A stretch of DNA of 64,000 nt from Amphiscolops sp. MND2022 (taxonomy: Eukaryota). Each line of letters begins with the position of its first letter. Within the stretch, counting starts at the first letter, position 1. The notes under the pieces are model-generated. The model ran no database searches, had not been told where the DNA came from, and saw only the letters and a list, made by a program, of their open reading frames with translations. Where the stretch lies: contig OZ076409.1 of NCBI GenBank assembly GCA_964187785.1, forward strand, positions 12,898,001 to 12,962,000, in the 5' to 3' direction. The position numbers and the translations under genes were made by a program. Below are positions 11,520 through 24,507 of this stretch, piece by piece.

Positions 11520-14500
11520 TGGTTAATAAAAAATAATAGTTTTGAATAAAATAGAGGTAATAACAATAATAAATTTCAAGTGAGGCTGACGCCTAATAAC
11601 ATTACCTTACAGTTTGCTGTCACGGATTTTTATTGAAACGGAATTCTTTCCAACAGTTTTCCATGACTTTTGGTGTCTCTGTCTTCAAGGAACAGTTCAT
11701 AAAAATATTCGTTGAATTTTACTTTCACCGTGTTATAATTATATTTGGATGTTGAGTCCGGATGCTTAGCGTGGTTTGTGTTCCAAAGTTTGCACCAGTT
11801 TTGAATTGAGGGAGTGAATTTTGTGTCAGCCTCCAGAAATAACAAGAGTTTGAAGTCCAGAAAGTATTGGATCGGTAAAACACGATATTGAACTTTGAGA
11901 TCACGCGATGAATCGAATTTCCGTCGATTTATTGCCCAATTGAGCTGTTGGTCAAGTGATGCAACAAGATTTTTGAGTGATTGAGTTCAGTATAATTGAT
12001 GTATAATGGAGATGACAGAACGAGCGCATTCATTATGATAATACGTGTAATTATATTGAAAAAATTTTTAATCGCATTCAAAGTTTTAATTCCACAGGTT
12101 ATCGTGTGGAGAACGTTTTTAACTTCTTGCTGAAATGTAAGATTTTGATAGAGAAAGAAACCGAGATATTTCACCGTTGAGGATATAGGGATTTGGTTAT
12201 CCTCATTTGAGATATTCGAGTTTGCGATCTTGCTTTTTTTGATTTCTTACATAGAGCAATAAATTCAGTTTTATCCGCATTTAAATTCAATTTATGCTTC
12301 CGTAAGTATTCTGAAATATCAGTAAGACTTTGTTCAAAATCAGAGCGTGCTATGTTTAAATTTCAGTTGGTCGTGTAAAGCATAGTATCATCCTTATATT
12401 GTAAAATTTAGCAATTGAGTGCAATGTTTTACCGCATATCATAAATGTTAAAGAAGTGGCACTAGAACTGAACCTCGTGGCACACCTTGATATAATTCAA
12501 TCTTTTCAGATGTGGTGTTGTTGACGCAGACTTTTTGAATTCTGTTGGAAGTAAATTCTGTGCAATAGACCAGGGCATCTGTTGAGACATTTGAGCTGAA
12601 GCCGAACTGATTTTGAGTGATCAAGTCAAATTGATTCAAGTACTCATTTGATTCGCGAGAATTTTCTCAAAAAGCTTCGAAACTACGGAGGTTAGAGGAA
12701 TGGCCCTATAATTCTGTGGATCTTCAATGTCGCCTTTCTTAAATATCGGTGTTACAGTGGCCTGTTTGAATTGAGAAGGAAATTTTGATTCCTAAATGAT
12801 GGTGTTGAACGAGAAAGACGTTCAGCGATCTCTGCGGAACAATCCTTCAGTGCCCACGGTTGTATGTCTGAAGGTCCTGTCGACTTTCGTACATCTACAG
12901 AATTCAAAAGAGTGTTTCCCTGGTGGTGATAAAACGAAAGCTAAAGCTTCGCCTAGTCTTTGGGATTGATGCATTGCTTAGATGTAATCATCTAAGATAC
13001 ATCTTTGCCGAGCTAATCACCTAAGTTAGACAAGCGATAGCTCAGGTTAGCCATTTTTGAATGCTCAGTAACCAAGTCACCGAAGCTATTCCCTGGACAG
13101 CTACTTCGTCCAGTTGATTTTTTCGAGTTTGTATCGTTGATGGTCTGCCATTTTCCTCTATCTGTGATTTTTGAATTGAACAGTTTAGATATATAACTGT
13201 CATCTTGAATCGATATTTTTGGTTTATTATTGCGAATGAACACTTTTTTTGGAGCACAAGCAAAAATTTAATAGTAAGTTAAAAAAATTAGTTTTACATA
13301 CCCTCAGCATTGTTCTGGTTGTAGAAAGAACCAATTTTTGTCTCTTTACTTCAGTTTTGAAAACGTCCTAATGAAAAACGTCGTTTTTTTGCAATAGATA
13401 GTTTACCTAAATGGTATAACTTTTCCAATTGGTAGTTTTTCCATCAGAAGTTGCGAGGCACTATGCGATTTACCGGAGAGCGAAAAAAATTTCGGAAGTT
13501 TTTCAATTTTTTCCTCATGCGGGTACAGTAGAAGAGAATACTTGACACTTTGAAGTTCTTTTTCTATTTTTGAGCCTTAGATATGGCGCCGACTTGGGCC
13601 GTTCTCGGTTTGTTTTTCCAGTTATAGCTGTGCCATTAGTGAGCTCGAGGTCGGCGAGGAACTGCGCTGTTTAAGATTTATTAAGATTATAAGCCAAATG
13701 AATCAATTGTTTAGACTTCTGTCTATCAGTGCACTGGCATTCAACACATACGCTCTCAAATTGTGTATTTTTATCCGCAAGGTCAGCTCTAGACTTCGGG
13801 TTAAGTTTTTTGGGAATTAGGAGCAAAACACCCCGCCGTGCTTTTCAGTGTTTTGTTCATCCCTATCCCAGCTGTAGGGTTCGAACCATGTTTTATCGAT
13901 ACACAACAGATCTTTATCATCGTACTCGGTGAGCCACGTTTCAGTTATTGCAATAATAGTGTTCTCACCAAGTGATTCTACCAGTCTCCTAAACTGGTTA
14001 TGTTTGATAGAAAAATTCTGCGCGTTCAGGTGAAAATATTTAAATCTGTTTTTGTCAAAAAATTTACAAGTTCGTCATAAGCCAGTAAAGTGGTCGGACC
14101 CGGGTTCGTTTCTATGTCGCCACATTGCAAGAGTTCTTTGCCTGTGCTCCTTTTCCTTTGTCTATGAAGAAACGCCTGTCTTTTGACAGTTGAATACATG
14201 TTAGCTTTGAGAGAAATATCGCATTTTCGGTTATGAAGGTAAAAAAATTTGGAGCTACTTTCGAGAGAGAGCAAACAGTAAGTCAATAGACAATACAATA
14301 TCAATTTTGAAAACACATGATTGGACATTGTCAGTTATAATCATAAGCCTGGTAGCCATATCTTGAATTATCTGCAAATTGAGGGAAAGACTGCATCCAG
14401 TAGATCATTCTTTGATAGTTTGGACCACTATTGAAATGACCTTTGTTGAAGTAATGTGGTCGGGTTCTTTTCGTTTTGGCTGGTGCTTGGTTGTTTTCAT

Positions 14501-14600
14501 TGTTGACCCTGCAAGACTTTTGTGATCACTTTGTTACCAGCAAAAGAAAGATGTATTCCATCACGTCCGAAAACATGTTGTTTGCCAAATTTTGAAAATG
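11520..14600 (-). mobile_element. Second CR1/L2-like LINE family, decayed, within SDF2L1 intron 1
   Basis: ORF1 SGNH block V HVFGRDGIHL (~14550-14578); leader with 2A LLQCGDIETNPGP (motif 14095-14121); APE IIAITETW (~13935-13960); RT YQGVPRGSVLVPLL, KYLG; interrupted by a HINE piece ~13455-13618. Confidence 0.85.
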
Positions 14601-14789
14601 CCAGATGAATGTCAGATGTGGTAGTCGATGTGTGAAATGTCATTTTTCAGACCGAGTTTGAACTGTTGTCATATACACTATGGTAACGAAAAGCGACGTT
14701 CAGCTGAAAATTAATTCTTATTCAGTTTGTGAAGAACTTTTCATTTTCATTCTTAACCGGAAGTGAAATCAATCACTCGTGATTTAAAT

Positions 14790-15040
14790 ATTGTTGAAAA
14801 TGGTCAAACAAAAGCAATGGGCGGTGCTCGATTGGCCATCTTGGTCCTGAAATGAACCCTATTGAAAATATTTGGGCCATGTTTAAAAAAGCTTGAGAGA
14901 TCAAATTGTTGCCTGAGAGAAATCGGAAGAAAAGTTTATGGAATTGTGGAACATTATGAACCCTGAAGTTTTCGCAACTTGTACTCATCGTATGAGAATT
15001 GTCTGGTGAAGGTCATCAAGAACAAATCAAGTTTGACCGG
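14790..15040 (+). pseudogene. Tc1/mariner (DD34E) transposase C-terminal remnant
   Basis: LDWPS/..PEMNPIENIWAMFKK (one frameshift) matches the WP..SPDLNPIENIW motif. Confidence 0.7.
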
Positions 15041-15164
15041 ATATTAATTTATCACTTGTTTCAGCATTTGTTTTAAAATTTACTCTGTTCTGATTTCATT
15101 CAAAAAAATGGTATACGTAGCTTTTTGACACCCTAGTATATGTAACTTGACGTTGATGTTTTAG

Positions 15165-15366
15165 ATTTGGCTTCTATCCAGTACGTGACATGTGGCTCTC
15201 TGATAAAACTGGTGCACACGGACTACAGAGTGAGACTGCACTCGCATGACGTAAAGTACGGCAGTGGGTCTGGGCAGCAGAGTGTGACTGCCGTGCAAGA
15301 CATCGATGACGCCAACAGCTACTGGCAGGTGATCGGCAAGTACAACGCTCCTCAGTGCAAGCGAGG
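15165..15366 (+). CDS. SDF2L1: SDF2/SDF2L1 exon 2 (MIR domain 1)
   Basis: VTCGSLIKL...RLHSHDVKYGSGSGQQSVT...ANSYW is the SDF2 signature; TTTTAG acceptor, GG|GTTCGT donor. Confidence 0.95.
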
Positions 15367-15599
15367 GTTCGTGTACTCACCCGAAATTCTCCCTATTAAA
15401 ACTATTTGGAAGACTATATAAAAAGCTATAAAAAAGCTAGTTAGAAATGTTGGTTTTTTGAAAAATTGTCAAGTTCCGGCTTGATAAGTCCACTTTTGAC
15501 ATCATCGTTCTTTGGTCGGTACTCTAATTGGAATTAAATTAATTCGGATTCCATGTTTTAAATACAGACACTACCAGAGATTAGAAAATAAAGATAAAA

Positions 15600-16520
15600 T
15601 TTAAAAATGATATTTTTGTCAATAGTTCTGAGGCCCTGGAACTCTTTGTTGACTCGCAAAAATAACATCATTTCCAAATGAAGCGATTTTTTACGATGTC
15701 GCAAACTTCCCAGGATTGTTTTGGCCCGACTGGACAACTTTCCAACTTGGTTTGATTTTCCTGGTACCCAAGATCGTTCGCCATAGGGTTTCTGCTTTTT
15801 CAGCAATACTTGATATGCAAATGACAAATCTGTAGATGAACTTGGCCGTGTAAAATTAGATTGAAAGAATATCGGCGAATATGATTTTTTTTCAAGATAA
15901 GTAGAGTCGCAATTTATTGATTTAACAGTAAATGATTCAAAGGATTTTGAATGAAAAATCTCCGCATTGGAGTCAAGTTTCGATTTCATTATGGGGTACC
16001 TCAAAGCAACTGCGTCAAAAAGCGGATATCGGTCTCGGAAAGATCATCCTTTTGCAGTTTGAGGGTATTTGAGTGTAAGTCAGTCAGCTCATTTACAAGT
16101 TCAAACAATTAGATTCTGCCTTGCAGATAGTAGGACTTCAGCAATATCATCATCTGTAGGGCCCAAAACACCTTTGATTTCTGTGTATCGTTGCAGCATG
16201 TTGTATACCGATGATCAGCGTGTCATATTCTTGTAAACCGGATGAAGGGGTGTTTTCTGTCTGTTTAGCAGAATTCTTGAGAGTTGAAAGACGTTTCATA
16301 AGTTACTGAATGTGGTCAGTACCCAAATGATCTTACCACAAAAACCTACCCAAATGATTCCTACCCTAGTGAGCTGGGACCGGTCGATGTCATCATTCCT
16401 TTGCAATTTCCATGAGTGTTTGTCATTGACTGTCAAGTTAAACTTATGACTGGAATGACCAACCTCCATTTGGCTCAACGTTTGTTGACTCTCGAAGCAC
16501 AATTAAATGAAATCACTGTA
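15600..16520 (-). pseudogene. hAT transposase remnant in SDF2L1 intron 2
   Basis: TR*SSVYNMLQRY (TRWNS motif) at ~16190-16228; dimerisation-domain tail SRAKTILG..RH...HLEMMLFLRVN in ORF 15558-16004. Confidence 0.7.
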
Positions 16521-17416
16521 TTTAGCAATTGTTCCTCAAGAGTCAACAAATGTTGAACCAAGTGGAGGTTGGTCATTCGAGCTCCGCCTGGCTCCACTTC
16601 TACGTATACTAGTCCAAATATGCCATTAAAAATTGAAATAATCAGGCATGTCTTACTTGAAAATTTTCGTTCTAATTACAATCAAAATTTGGAATCAGTC
16701 AATCAAAATGGAGTATGCAATTGAGCTGTTCCAAACGTTACCGGTCGCCATCTAGCGAGCAAATTATAGATCAAAATTCAATTGATTTCAAGTATTCAAC
16801 AATTATTGACATAAAATTTCATCTTCAACAATAAATTATTCTGTAAAAACGGAAAAATGATTGCAACTGTTCTATTGTCAATTATTTTTCAGCAATTATC
16901 ATTTTCTAATCCCTGCTTGCTACAAGGACAATTTCTACTACATGCAAAATACTACCAATTGGATGCTACTACGGAGTGAGCAATACGACTAATATTAGTC
17001 AATTACAGAAACATTGAATTTTGCTGGAATTTGGCTCAATATTTGTCGAAATGGCCGGTTAGATCCAACGGTGGCATTACTCGTCTTTTAAGACACAAAA
17101 TCAGAAAAGCTGGCTAATATCCCCATCTTAACTAAAAGCGCCATATTTATAAATAGTAGCAAATAGACCCTAGTAGTAAACGTTTAAATTTAACCAAATT
17201 AAATGTACATAACTGTCCCCGTCTTAGTTGCATCTAGTTGGCAAATTCATCAATGAACAGTCTCGCCTAAACGATCACCCAGCTAGTATTTCCCGTTATC
17301 ATTGTTCTATTGAATTGATTTTTATGAAATCGATAGGCTATTGTTACTTTGAGGGGATTTACACTTTTTTTATTTTGACTGTTATTTTTCAATGCATCTC
17401 CATTGATTTTGTTCAG

Positions 17417-17559
17417 AGAGGAAATCAAGTGTGGCGATACTGTGAGACTGCTGCACGTGAATACCAATAGGTACCTGCATACCCATTTGCACGATGCTCC
17501 CTTGACTAACGGCTACAAAGAAGTCAGTGCATTTGGGGAGAACGGCCGCAGCGACACGG
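17417..17559 (+). CDS. SDF2L1: SDF2/SDF2L1 exon 3 (MIR domain 2)
   Basis: IKCGDTVRLLHVNTNRYLHTH..APL...EVSAFGENGRSDTG; TTCAG acceptor, G|GTGAGT donor; phases match. Confidence 0.95.
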
Positions 17560-17986
17560 GTGAGTCAGAACCAGTTTACCAGTTTGTTGTCACGTCACTG
17601 TTGTTCATGTCCAGTAATTGTCTTGATTGTTTCAGGCAGGGTTGGCATGCTATTCAACACTGTTTTTTACTTACCTTATAAAAAGCAATGTTTTTTCCTT
17701 GTTCAGAACATATGTTTGTAACATATTTGGGGTTTTTACAAGGTTTTACAAATGTTTACCAATATTGACGTGTCATATATCATTTTGATGCTCGTGAGAC
17801 GCTATTTACGATTCAATGACTTAATATTAGCAAAAGGGAAATGCAGAAAATGCACTTGTGAATTATCAAGTTGTGCGTATTAATCGGTCGTAACGCTTGT
17901 TCACGCGGATTATGGCGCAGTTGGTCCATGAAAAGGCTCAGTGAATTTTCCCAAAACTGAATGTTATCTCTTTTCTACCAGCTACG

Positions 17987-18233
17987 TGTTATACGGTGTA
18001 ATACCGAACCGATTCCTTCGGTTGACAATGTCAATCAAACTTTGATCTTTTTATAGTCCTAAATGAGATTTATGTTTATATACATTTGTAAACATTGTGC
18101 TAGATCTTTCGTGCTAGAAATACATCATTTAGTTACCGTTGAACTTAGAGAAAAGATCGTTTTGACATTGCTTTCTGTTCGAAGATATATTTTACGAAAC
18201 ACTGTTTTTATTGTCTAACCAAGAAATAGAACA
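17987..18233 (+). repeat. 5' LTR (247 bp, TG...CA)
   Basis: Differs from the 3' LTR at 2 positions by eye. Confidence 0.95.
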
Positions 18234-18247
18234 TGGCGCAGTCAGCA
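18234..18247 (+). promoter_or_regulatory. Primer-binding site, probably tRNA-Ser
   Basis: TGGCGCAGTCAGCA is complementary to a ...UGCUGACUGCG-CCA tRNA 3' end. Confidence 0.7.
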
Positions 18248-21200
18248 AATTGAAATTACCCAAGAATATTTCAACAAAACAAAGAAAATGACAGAAGAAA
18301 GCAAGATTGAAGTACCGAATTTCGAAGCCACATCGGACGGAAAAAAGATATTTACACCGAAACAATGGCTCGAAAGATTCCGGTAATACGCAAAAAGGAA
18401 ACACAAAATGGACATTACCGAACTGATACGGGGAGCCGAGATGACACAAACCGGTTGGTCCGGAAAAGAAACAGAAATCCAAGAAGACTTCATATGGGGA
18501 ATTGGCCCCGAAGCGTTATACCAAATGACCCGGGCAGAATATAAAACCCAACCTGACAAAATAGCGGTAAAAGACCTTATCCGACTATTCAATGAATATT
18601 TCTTACCAAAGCGGAACACCTATCACAATCGCGGAGAATTCTTCTGGACAAGACAAACCGAATCCGAAACACCAGAAGACTTTTGGCGGAGACTTATAGA
18701 AATATAAAAAGAATGTGCATTTGAGGGAATAACAGCCGAAGACTTATTGATTTCAAAATTCATGACCGCAATTACGGACAAGAAACTTCGGGATAAACTA
18801 AAGAAAGAGAAGAAACTCGAACTGAAAAAGACAATCGAAATGATTAAACAGAACACATACGAAAGAAAGGATCGAAAAAACACAATACCGGAAGCTTCAA
18901 TTTTACACCGAGAAAAAGAAATAAAAAGAACCGATACAAAGAATGGAAAGATCCGACACAAGACCGAAGAACAAATTTACAAATGAGAAACCATGCAAAT
19001 TTGGCAACGCACAGAACTGGAACCCTACTCGAAAACTTGAAAACTTTGTAACAACTGCGCGGAAAGAAGGGACACTTCGCACGGGTATGCAGACAAAGAG
19101 ACAACTACAAACGCAAAGTACGCAATGTGACCGAAGACGAGTCAGAAATAATTGGAGGAGAATCCGACGAATCAGAAACAAGCATACACAGAATTGAAAG
19201 AATAAATAGAATTACCGACAGAAACAAATACCTGACAGCCGTGGTGAAAGTAAACGGTATTGAAAAAGAATTTATCGTGGATACCGGATCACCAATTTCA
19301 ATAATGCCCGTGGACGAGAAAATACTGAAACAAACCGAGATACAAAAAAGTGAAACAACGGTATCAAGATGTAAACAAAAATGAAGTGAAATTCCGGGGG
19401 AAAATACCGGCAAACATTGAATATGAGAACAACAAACAAAAAATGCAAATTCTAATTACCGAAAGAAACGACATTACACCATTACTCGGAATGGATTGGA
19501 TGAAAAAATTCAATTTGACAATCGGAAATATCCGAACGGAAGATATCAATCAATCGGAAAAGAGACGAGTGATCGAAAAGTTCCCAGACTTATTCAAGAA
19601 CAACACCACAATAAAAGATACCGAAATAAATATTCAGCTGAAACCGGGACACTACCCGGTGAAACAAAAAGCAAGACCGATCCCATTACATCTACAAGAG
19701 GAGGTCGGGAAAGAACTAGAAAAATTGATAAAAACCGGACATCTGGAAAAGGTAAAACACGTAGATGAAGATTGCTTTGTTTCACCGGTAGTAATTACAG
19801 TAAAAAACGATAAATCGGTCAAAATAGCACTGGACTCAAGAAAACTAAATGACAGCTGTATAAAAATCCGACCACACATGCCGAACATGGAAGAACTACT
19901 GAACCAAATTCCGGTGGAAATCACAAGAGACCGAACAAAAGAACTGAATATCTCGAAAATTGACCTCGACTACGCATACGGCCAAATGAAATTATCAAGA
20001 GACAAGCCGACAATGCGTATTCGCAATAACGGGAGGAAACTTCAGTGGATATTACAGATTTAAAAAAGGGTTTTACGGTCTTGCCGATATCCCCACAATA
20101 TTTCAAGAAAAAATTGACCGAACACTAGAATACTCCACACCGGCATGGCTGGACGACATCATAGTGGTAACCCGGGGTAGCCGGAAAGAACACGAGAAGA
20201 AATTATTCGAGATACTGAAAAAACTGGAGAATGCAGGATACCGAGCAAGCGAAATAAAAACCGAATTCTTCCTAAATAAAACAAAATGGCTGGGACACGA
20301 AATTGACGAAATGGGAATTAAACCAAATAAAGAAAAAGTGAAAGCAATATTGGAATTAAAAGACCCGGAAAATCAGAAACAACTGGAATCATTTCTCGGT
20401 GCCATCCAATATCTCGCAAAATTCTTACCAAGATTATCGGAAAGAACAAAGACTCCGAAAACTCCTCAAGAAAGACTTCTCGTGGAATTGGGGAAAACAG
20501 CAAAATGAAGATTTTGAAAACATAAAGAAAATGCTAACCGAAGAACCTTGCTTGGCACACTATGCAAAGGATCGAGAAAATATAGTGACAACCGACGCAA
20601 GCAAAACCGGACTTGGAATTACATTATGGCAGAAACAGTCGAATGGAGAAATTAAACCGATAGCTTTCGGTAGCAGATACTTGAATGATAGTGAGAAGAA
20701 CTACTCAATCGGAGAACTGGAATTACTTGCAGTTGTCTGGGGTTTAGAAAAGTTCCGATTTTATCTATACGGAAAGAAAGTTTTTCTTTACACAGACCAC
20801 CAAGCGCTCGAACCTTTGATAAAAAGGAACCGGTGTAATAGGCAATACAGCGCAAGACTAACCAGATGGCTAGACCGGCTTGCGCACTTTGATATAGCTA
20901 TTCAACACATGGCAGGAAGTAATTTAAAGTTTACCGACTTCTTAAGTAGAAATCCGGTAGAAAACGCAACAACCGAAGACGTATACGATGAGCAAAACGT
21001 AATTAACATCCTTTCAGAACAAGCCGAGATGTATAGAAAATACGGACAAATATTCGCCGACCAATCACAAAGCGCGACGGAAAGAACAAAAACGACCGAA
21101 ATTAATTCTAACGACCAATCACAGCGGAATAGAACATTCGAGAAAAACCGAGACGTGAACAAAAAGCGCGATCAAACGAAACTCATTGTAAACAATCGAC

Positions 21201-23630
21201 GACAAAAAGCTAAAACGGAAAGTCATACCCGAAAATCAAAATCAAATTTAAATCCAAATTCAAATTCAAACCGAACTTTTTTACAAAATTTACCTGTATT
21301 TAAGACCGAAATGGACCGGGATTACTTTCACTGCGGCGCGACGGCGGAAATAATGGAAATAATCCGGAAAAGGAGAAAGAGCCCGGAGAGACTCAGACTG
21401 GTAGAAAGACGTCTAGAGATTTCCCGACCCGGAACGATGAGAAGAAAATTCGACATGAATGCTCAAAGACAAATATGGGTCCCCTCAAGGCCGAACAAAA
21501 GAAGCAGGGAGGAAATTGCCGAGATAGACGGTGAACTAATGTCACGGGCAAACAGATTTGGGGTAGGATACAGACCCCTGTAAGAAAGGGCCGAAGAAGA
21601 AGAAGAGCAAGAAACGCAACAACCGGAGATATTGGAAGAAGCCGAACCCGAAAGCGAAGGTGAGAGCCAAGTAATCCGGGGTGATAACTTCCCAATCGTC
21701 GACTTGAAGGCATTCAACACCGAAGAGAAGGAAGCCCAATTTATACAAATAAATCAAGTGATCGACAAAATCACCGGAAACAAAAAATTAACCGAAGAAA
21801 CAATTTAAAAAGCCGAGTTCGATTTCATGCTCGATCTCAAAACACTGATAGCAAAGTCAACCACGGACGCGGAGCTGAATAGAGTCAGAGACGCAATGAG
21901 ACGAAATGAAAAGAACACGGCCCCAGAAGCATACCGAACAACATTTGAGAAACTGAGCAACAAGTGGGGACTAACCTTCAACGACGACCGAATAATTGTG
22001 CCAACGGAGCCTGAGAAAGAAGCTACTAGAAACACTGCACTTCGGTCACGCCGGATACACAAAGATGGCAGCGGAAGCCAAAATATTTTGGTGGCCAAAC
22101 ATGCAGAAAGAGATCGAGGAGAAAACAAAAAACTGCGTGGCATGCATGGCATCTGGTAAGAATTTAAAATACCAAACGCGAATTCGGAAAACTGAAATTA
22201 CTAACGGAACCGGGACAAGAAATTCAAATGGACTTTTCCGGTAAACTAAACAACAAAAAATTAAACGGAGAACATCAAATCTTAATCGTGGTAGACAGAT
22301 TCAGTAAATGGCCAACGGCGAAAATCTGTAAATCAGCGGAAACTAAAGAGTCATAAATTTTCTGAAACAAAATTTTAACTTATACGGATTTCCGGAGAAA
22401 ATAAAAACGGACAAAGGCGGAGCGTTTATCTCAAAAGAATACAAAGAATTTTGCGAATCGAAAAACATTGAAATCGAATATAGTACACCGAGAATTCATA
22501 CCGGTACGGGAGCAATAGAACGCGCAATACAAACGCTGAAGAACTTGATTCTTACTAACCTAGAAGAAAACATATGTCTGACCGAATGTGTAAATAGAGT
22601 GTTAAACGTGATGCGCTTTACAATACATACGGGATTGAAAATCACACCATTTGAATTACATCACGGTCGTAAACCGAGAACTGAACTAACGAATGTAATT
22701 AAAGACGGAAGATCATTCCTATCTAACTGGTCGGAATTACCTGTTTCAGCAAGCAACAGACCGAAAATCCCAATCTACATTACCAGAAATGGTGACGGAG
22801 AAGTATCAAACCATCTCGTGATGGCCCGAACCAAAAGCGAGGAAAAAGCGTTAGCCGAAAAATCCCCGAAGAAGAAAAATTCGGTTGGTACATACCCCTT
22901 TCATTTCTTCGAAAAGAACCATAATAAAAAATCATTGGAAGGTAGATTCCAATCAGAATTACAAACCGCAGTAAACGGTACGGAACATACCGTAACCACC
23001 GATACCGGAAAAGTAATCCACCGAAAATTTATTTCGGGTCCAATTGTATTTCAGAAAGAGAAGAAAGCAGCACCGAAAATCGGAGACAACATCACTCCCA
23101 AAAACCGCCATTGCCTCAGAAGAGTCGACGGTAAATATATACAATGGAATGAAATCCTGCGAGACGTACTCAACGGAAAGCTAAAAATCATTCCGAACCC
23201 GAGGACCGGATCAGACTCGGAAAGCGAGGAAGGCGAGATAGACGAGGATGAGAGCGATTTCGAAAATCACGACACCTCCGAAAAAGACGGCTGCTACCGA
23301 CCCATAACAACATCCCCCGAGGATGAATTGAACCTGCATACTGACGGCGAACTAAACACCGGTGAGACAAAATTTAAAATTAATACAACCGAGAACGAAG
23401 GCATAAGACGGTCAAACCGTGAAAGTAAACAACCGAATAGATACGGGGGAGTCACATATACAAAACACTTTTGGACATAATTTTAATATAAAACTTTTTA
23501 CAGGCGAACAATGGAACATCAGGAAAGAGCCCCCGAAACCACTGACGAAACCAGCAGACTTCATCCGGGAGAAAACACCGACTCCAGGACCGTCGAAGCA
23601 ATAAGCTGAAAGAGCTTAGAGTAGAGGGAA

Positions 23631-23877
23631 TTTTATACGGTGTAATACCGAACCGATTCCTTCGGTTGACAATGTCAATCAAACTTTGATCTTTTTATAG
23701 TCCTAAATGAGATTTATGTTTATATACATTTGTAAACATTGTGCTAGATCTTTCGTGCTAGAAATACATCATTTAGTTACCGTTGAACTTAGAGAAAAGA
23801 TCGTTTTGACATTGCTTTCTGTTCGAAGATATATTTTACAAAACACTGTTTTTATTGTCTAACCAAGAAATAGAACA
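23631..23877 (+). repeat. 3' LTR (247 bp; first TG mutated to TT)
   Basis: Preceded by polypurine tract 23618-23630, followed by TSD CTACG. Confidence 0.95.
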
Positions 23878-23967
23878 CTACGAAATAAATAACATCAAAT
23901 ACAAAATTTTTCGATAAAATACTTAGATTTTTCAAAATCTCATACAAATTACCAACCCTGGTTTCAG

Positions 23968-24049
23968 GTGACAATTGGGTCGTTGTCTGCGACACTGATG
24001 TTTGGCGTCGAGACGATGACGTCAAGCTCAAACATGTCGATACCGGAAT
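23968..24049 (+). CDS. SDF2L1: SDF2/SDF2L1 exon 4
   Basis: GDNWVVVCDTDVWRRDDDVKLKHVDTG; TTTCAG acceptor, AT|GTTAGT donor (too short for the ORF track). Confidence 0.93.
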
Positions 24050-24507
24050 GTTAGTTAAACTGTTCCTAAAACTACCTGTAGTAAATTATTCGAACATCCA
24101 TTGTTTCTGGTGTTAGTTTGGAAGTTCTGAAAATCTTCGTTCTAGAAAGTTCGACAGTCTTTTATCCTCATTCCAAATGAACTAACTTTTAAATTAACTA
24201 ATTTAAATTAAGATGCAGTTGCTTTTTTTTAAACAGCTTCCATTTATGGACTTCTTTTTGAAATTAACCGCTCCACCTTTCCACTTTCAGCTGGAGCACA
24301 ATTCTTTCTCAGCCCTGGTTCCCAGCTTATAATAAATTTTGCTAGAACAGAAACGGAGCTGTTTTTTTTTCAACATTCAATACATAAATTTTATCGTCTT
24401 ATAAGAATGATGCCTTTTTTCAACAATTCCTTATTTCGAATTTTGAAAAACAATTAAAGCTAGTGTTTTGTGATAACGATTTAGACATGAGTTCATTTGT
24501 GCTTTAG

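Larger units (their letters stand above)
17987..23877 (+). mobile_element. Full-length Ty3/Gypsy (Mag-like) LTR retrotransposon with disrupted gag-pol
   Basis: LTRs 17987-18233 and 23631-23877; TSD CTACG; PBS TGGCGCAGTCAGCA; PPT AGAGTAGAGGGAA; protease FIVDTGS, RT IALDSRKLN/KIDLDYAY/WLDD, RNase H TDAS..YSIGELELLAV, integrase HFGH..C..C and core. Confidence 0.97.
17637..23960. mobile_element. hAT-type MITE (~430 bp excluding the nested provirus) with 8-bp TSD GTTTCAGG
   Basis: TIR CAGGGTTGGCA (17637) / TACCAACCCTG (23960); GTTTCAGG at 17629-17636 and 23961-23968. Confidence 0.85.

Noticed and set aside
18192..23682. Many minus-strand ORFs across the Gypsy provirus
   Set aside because: Antisense shadows of the A-rich gag-pol frame
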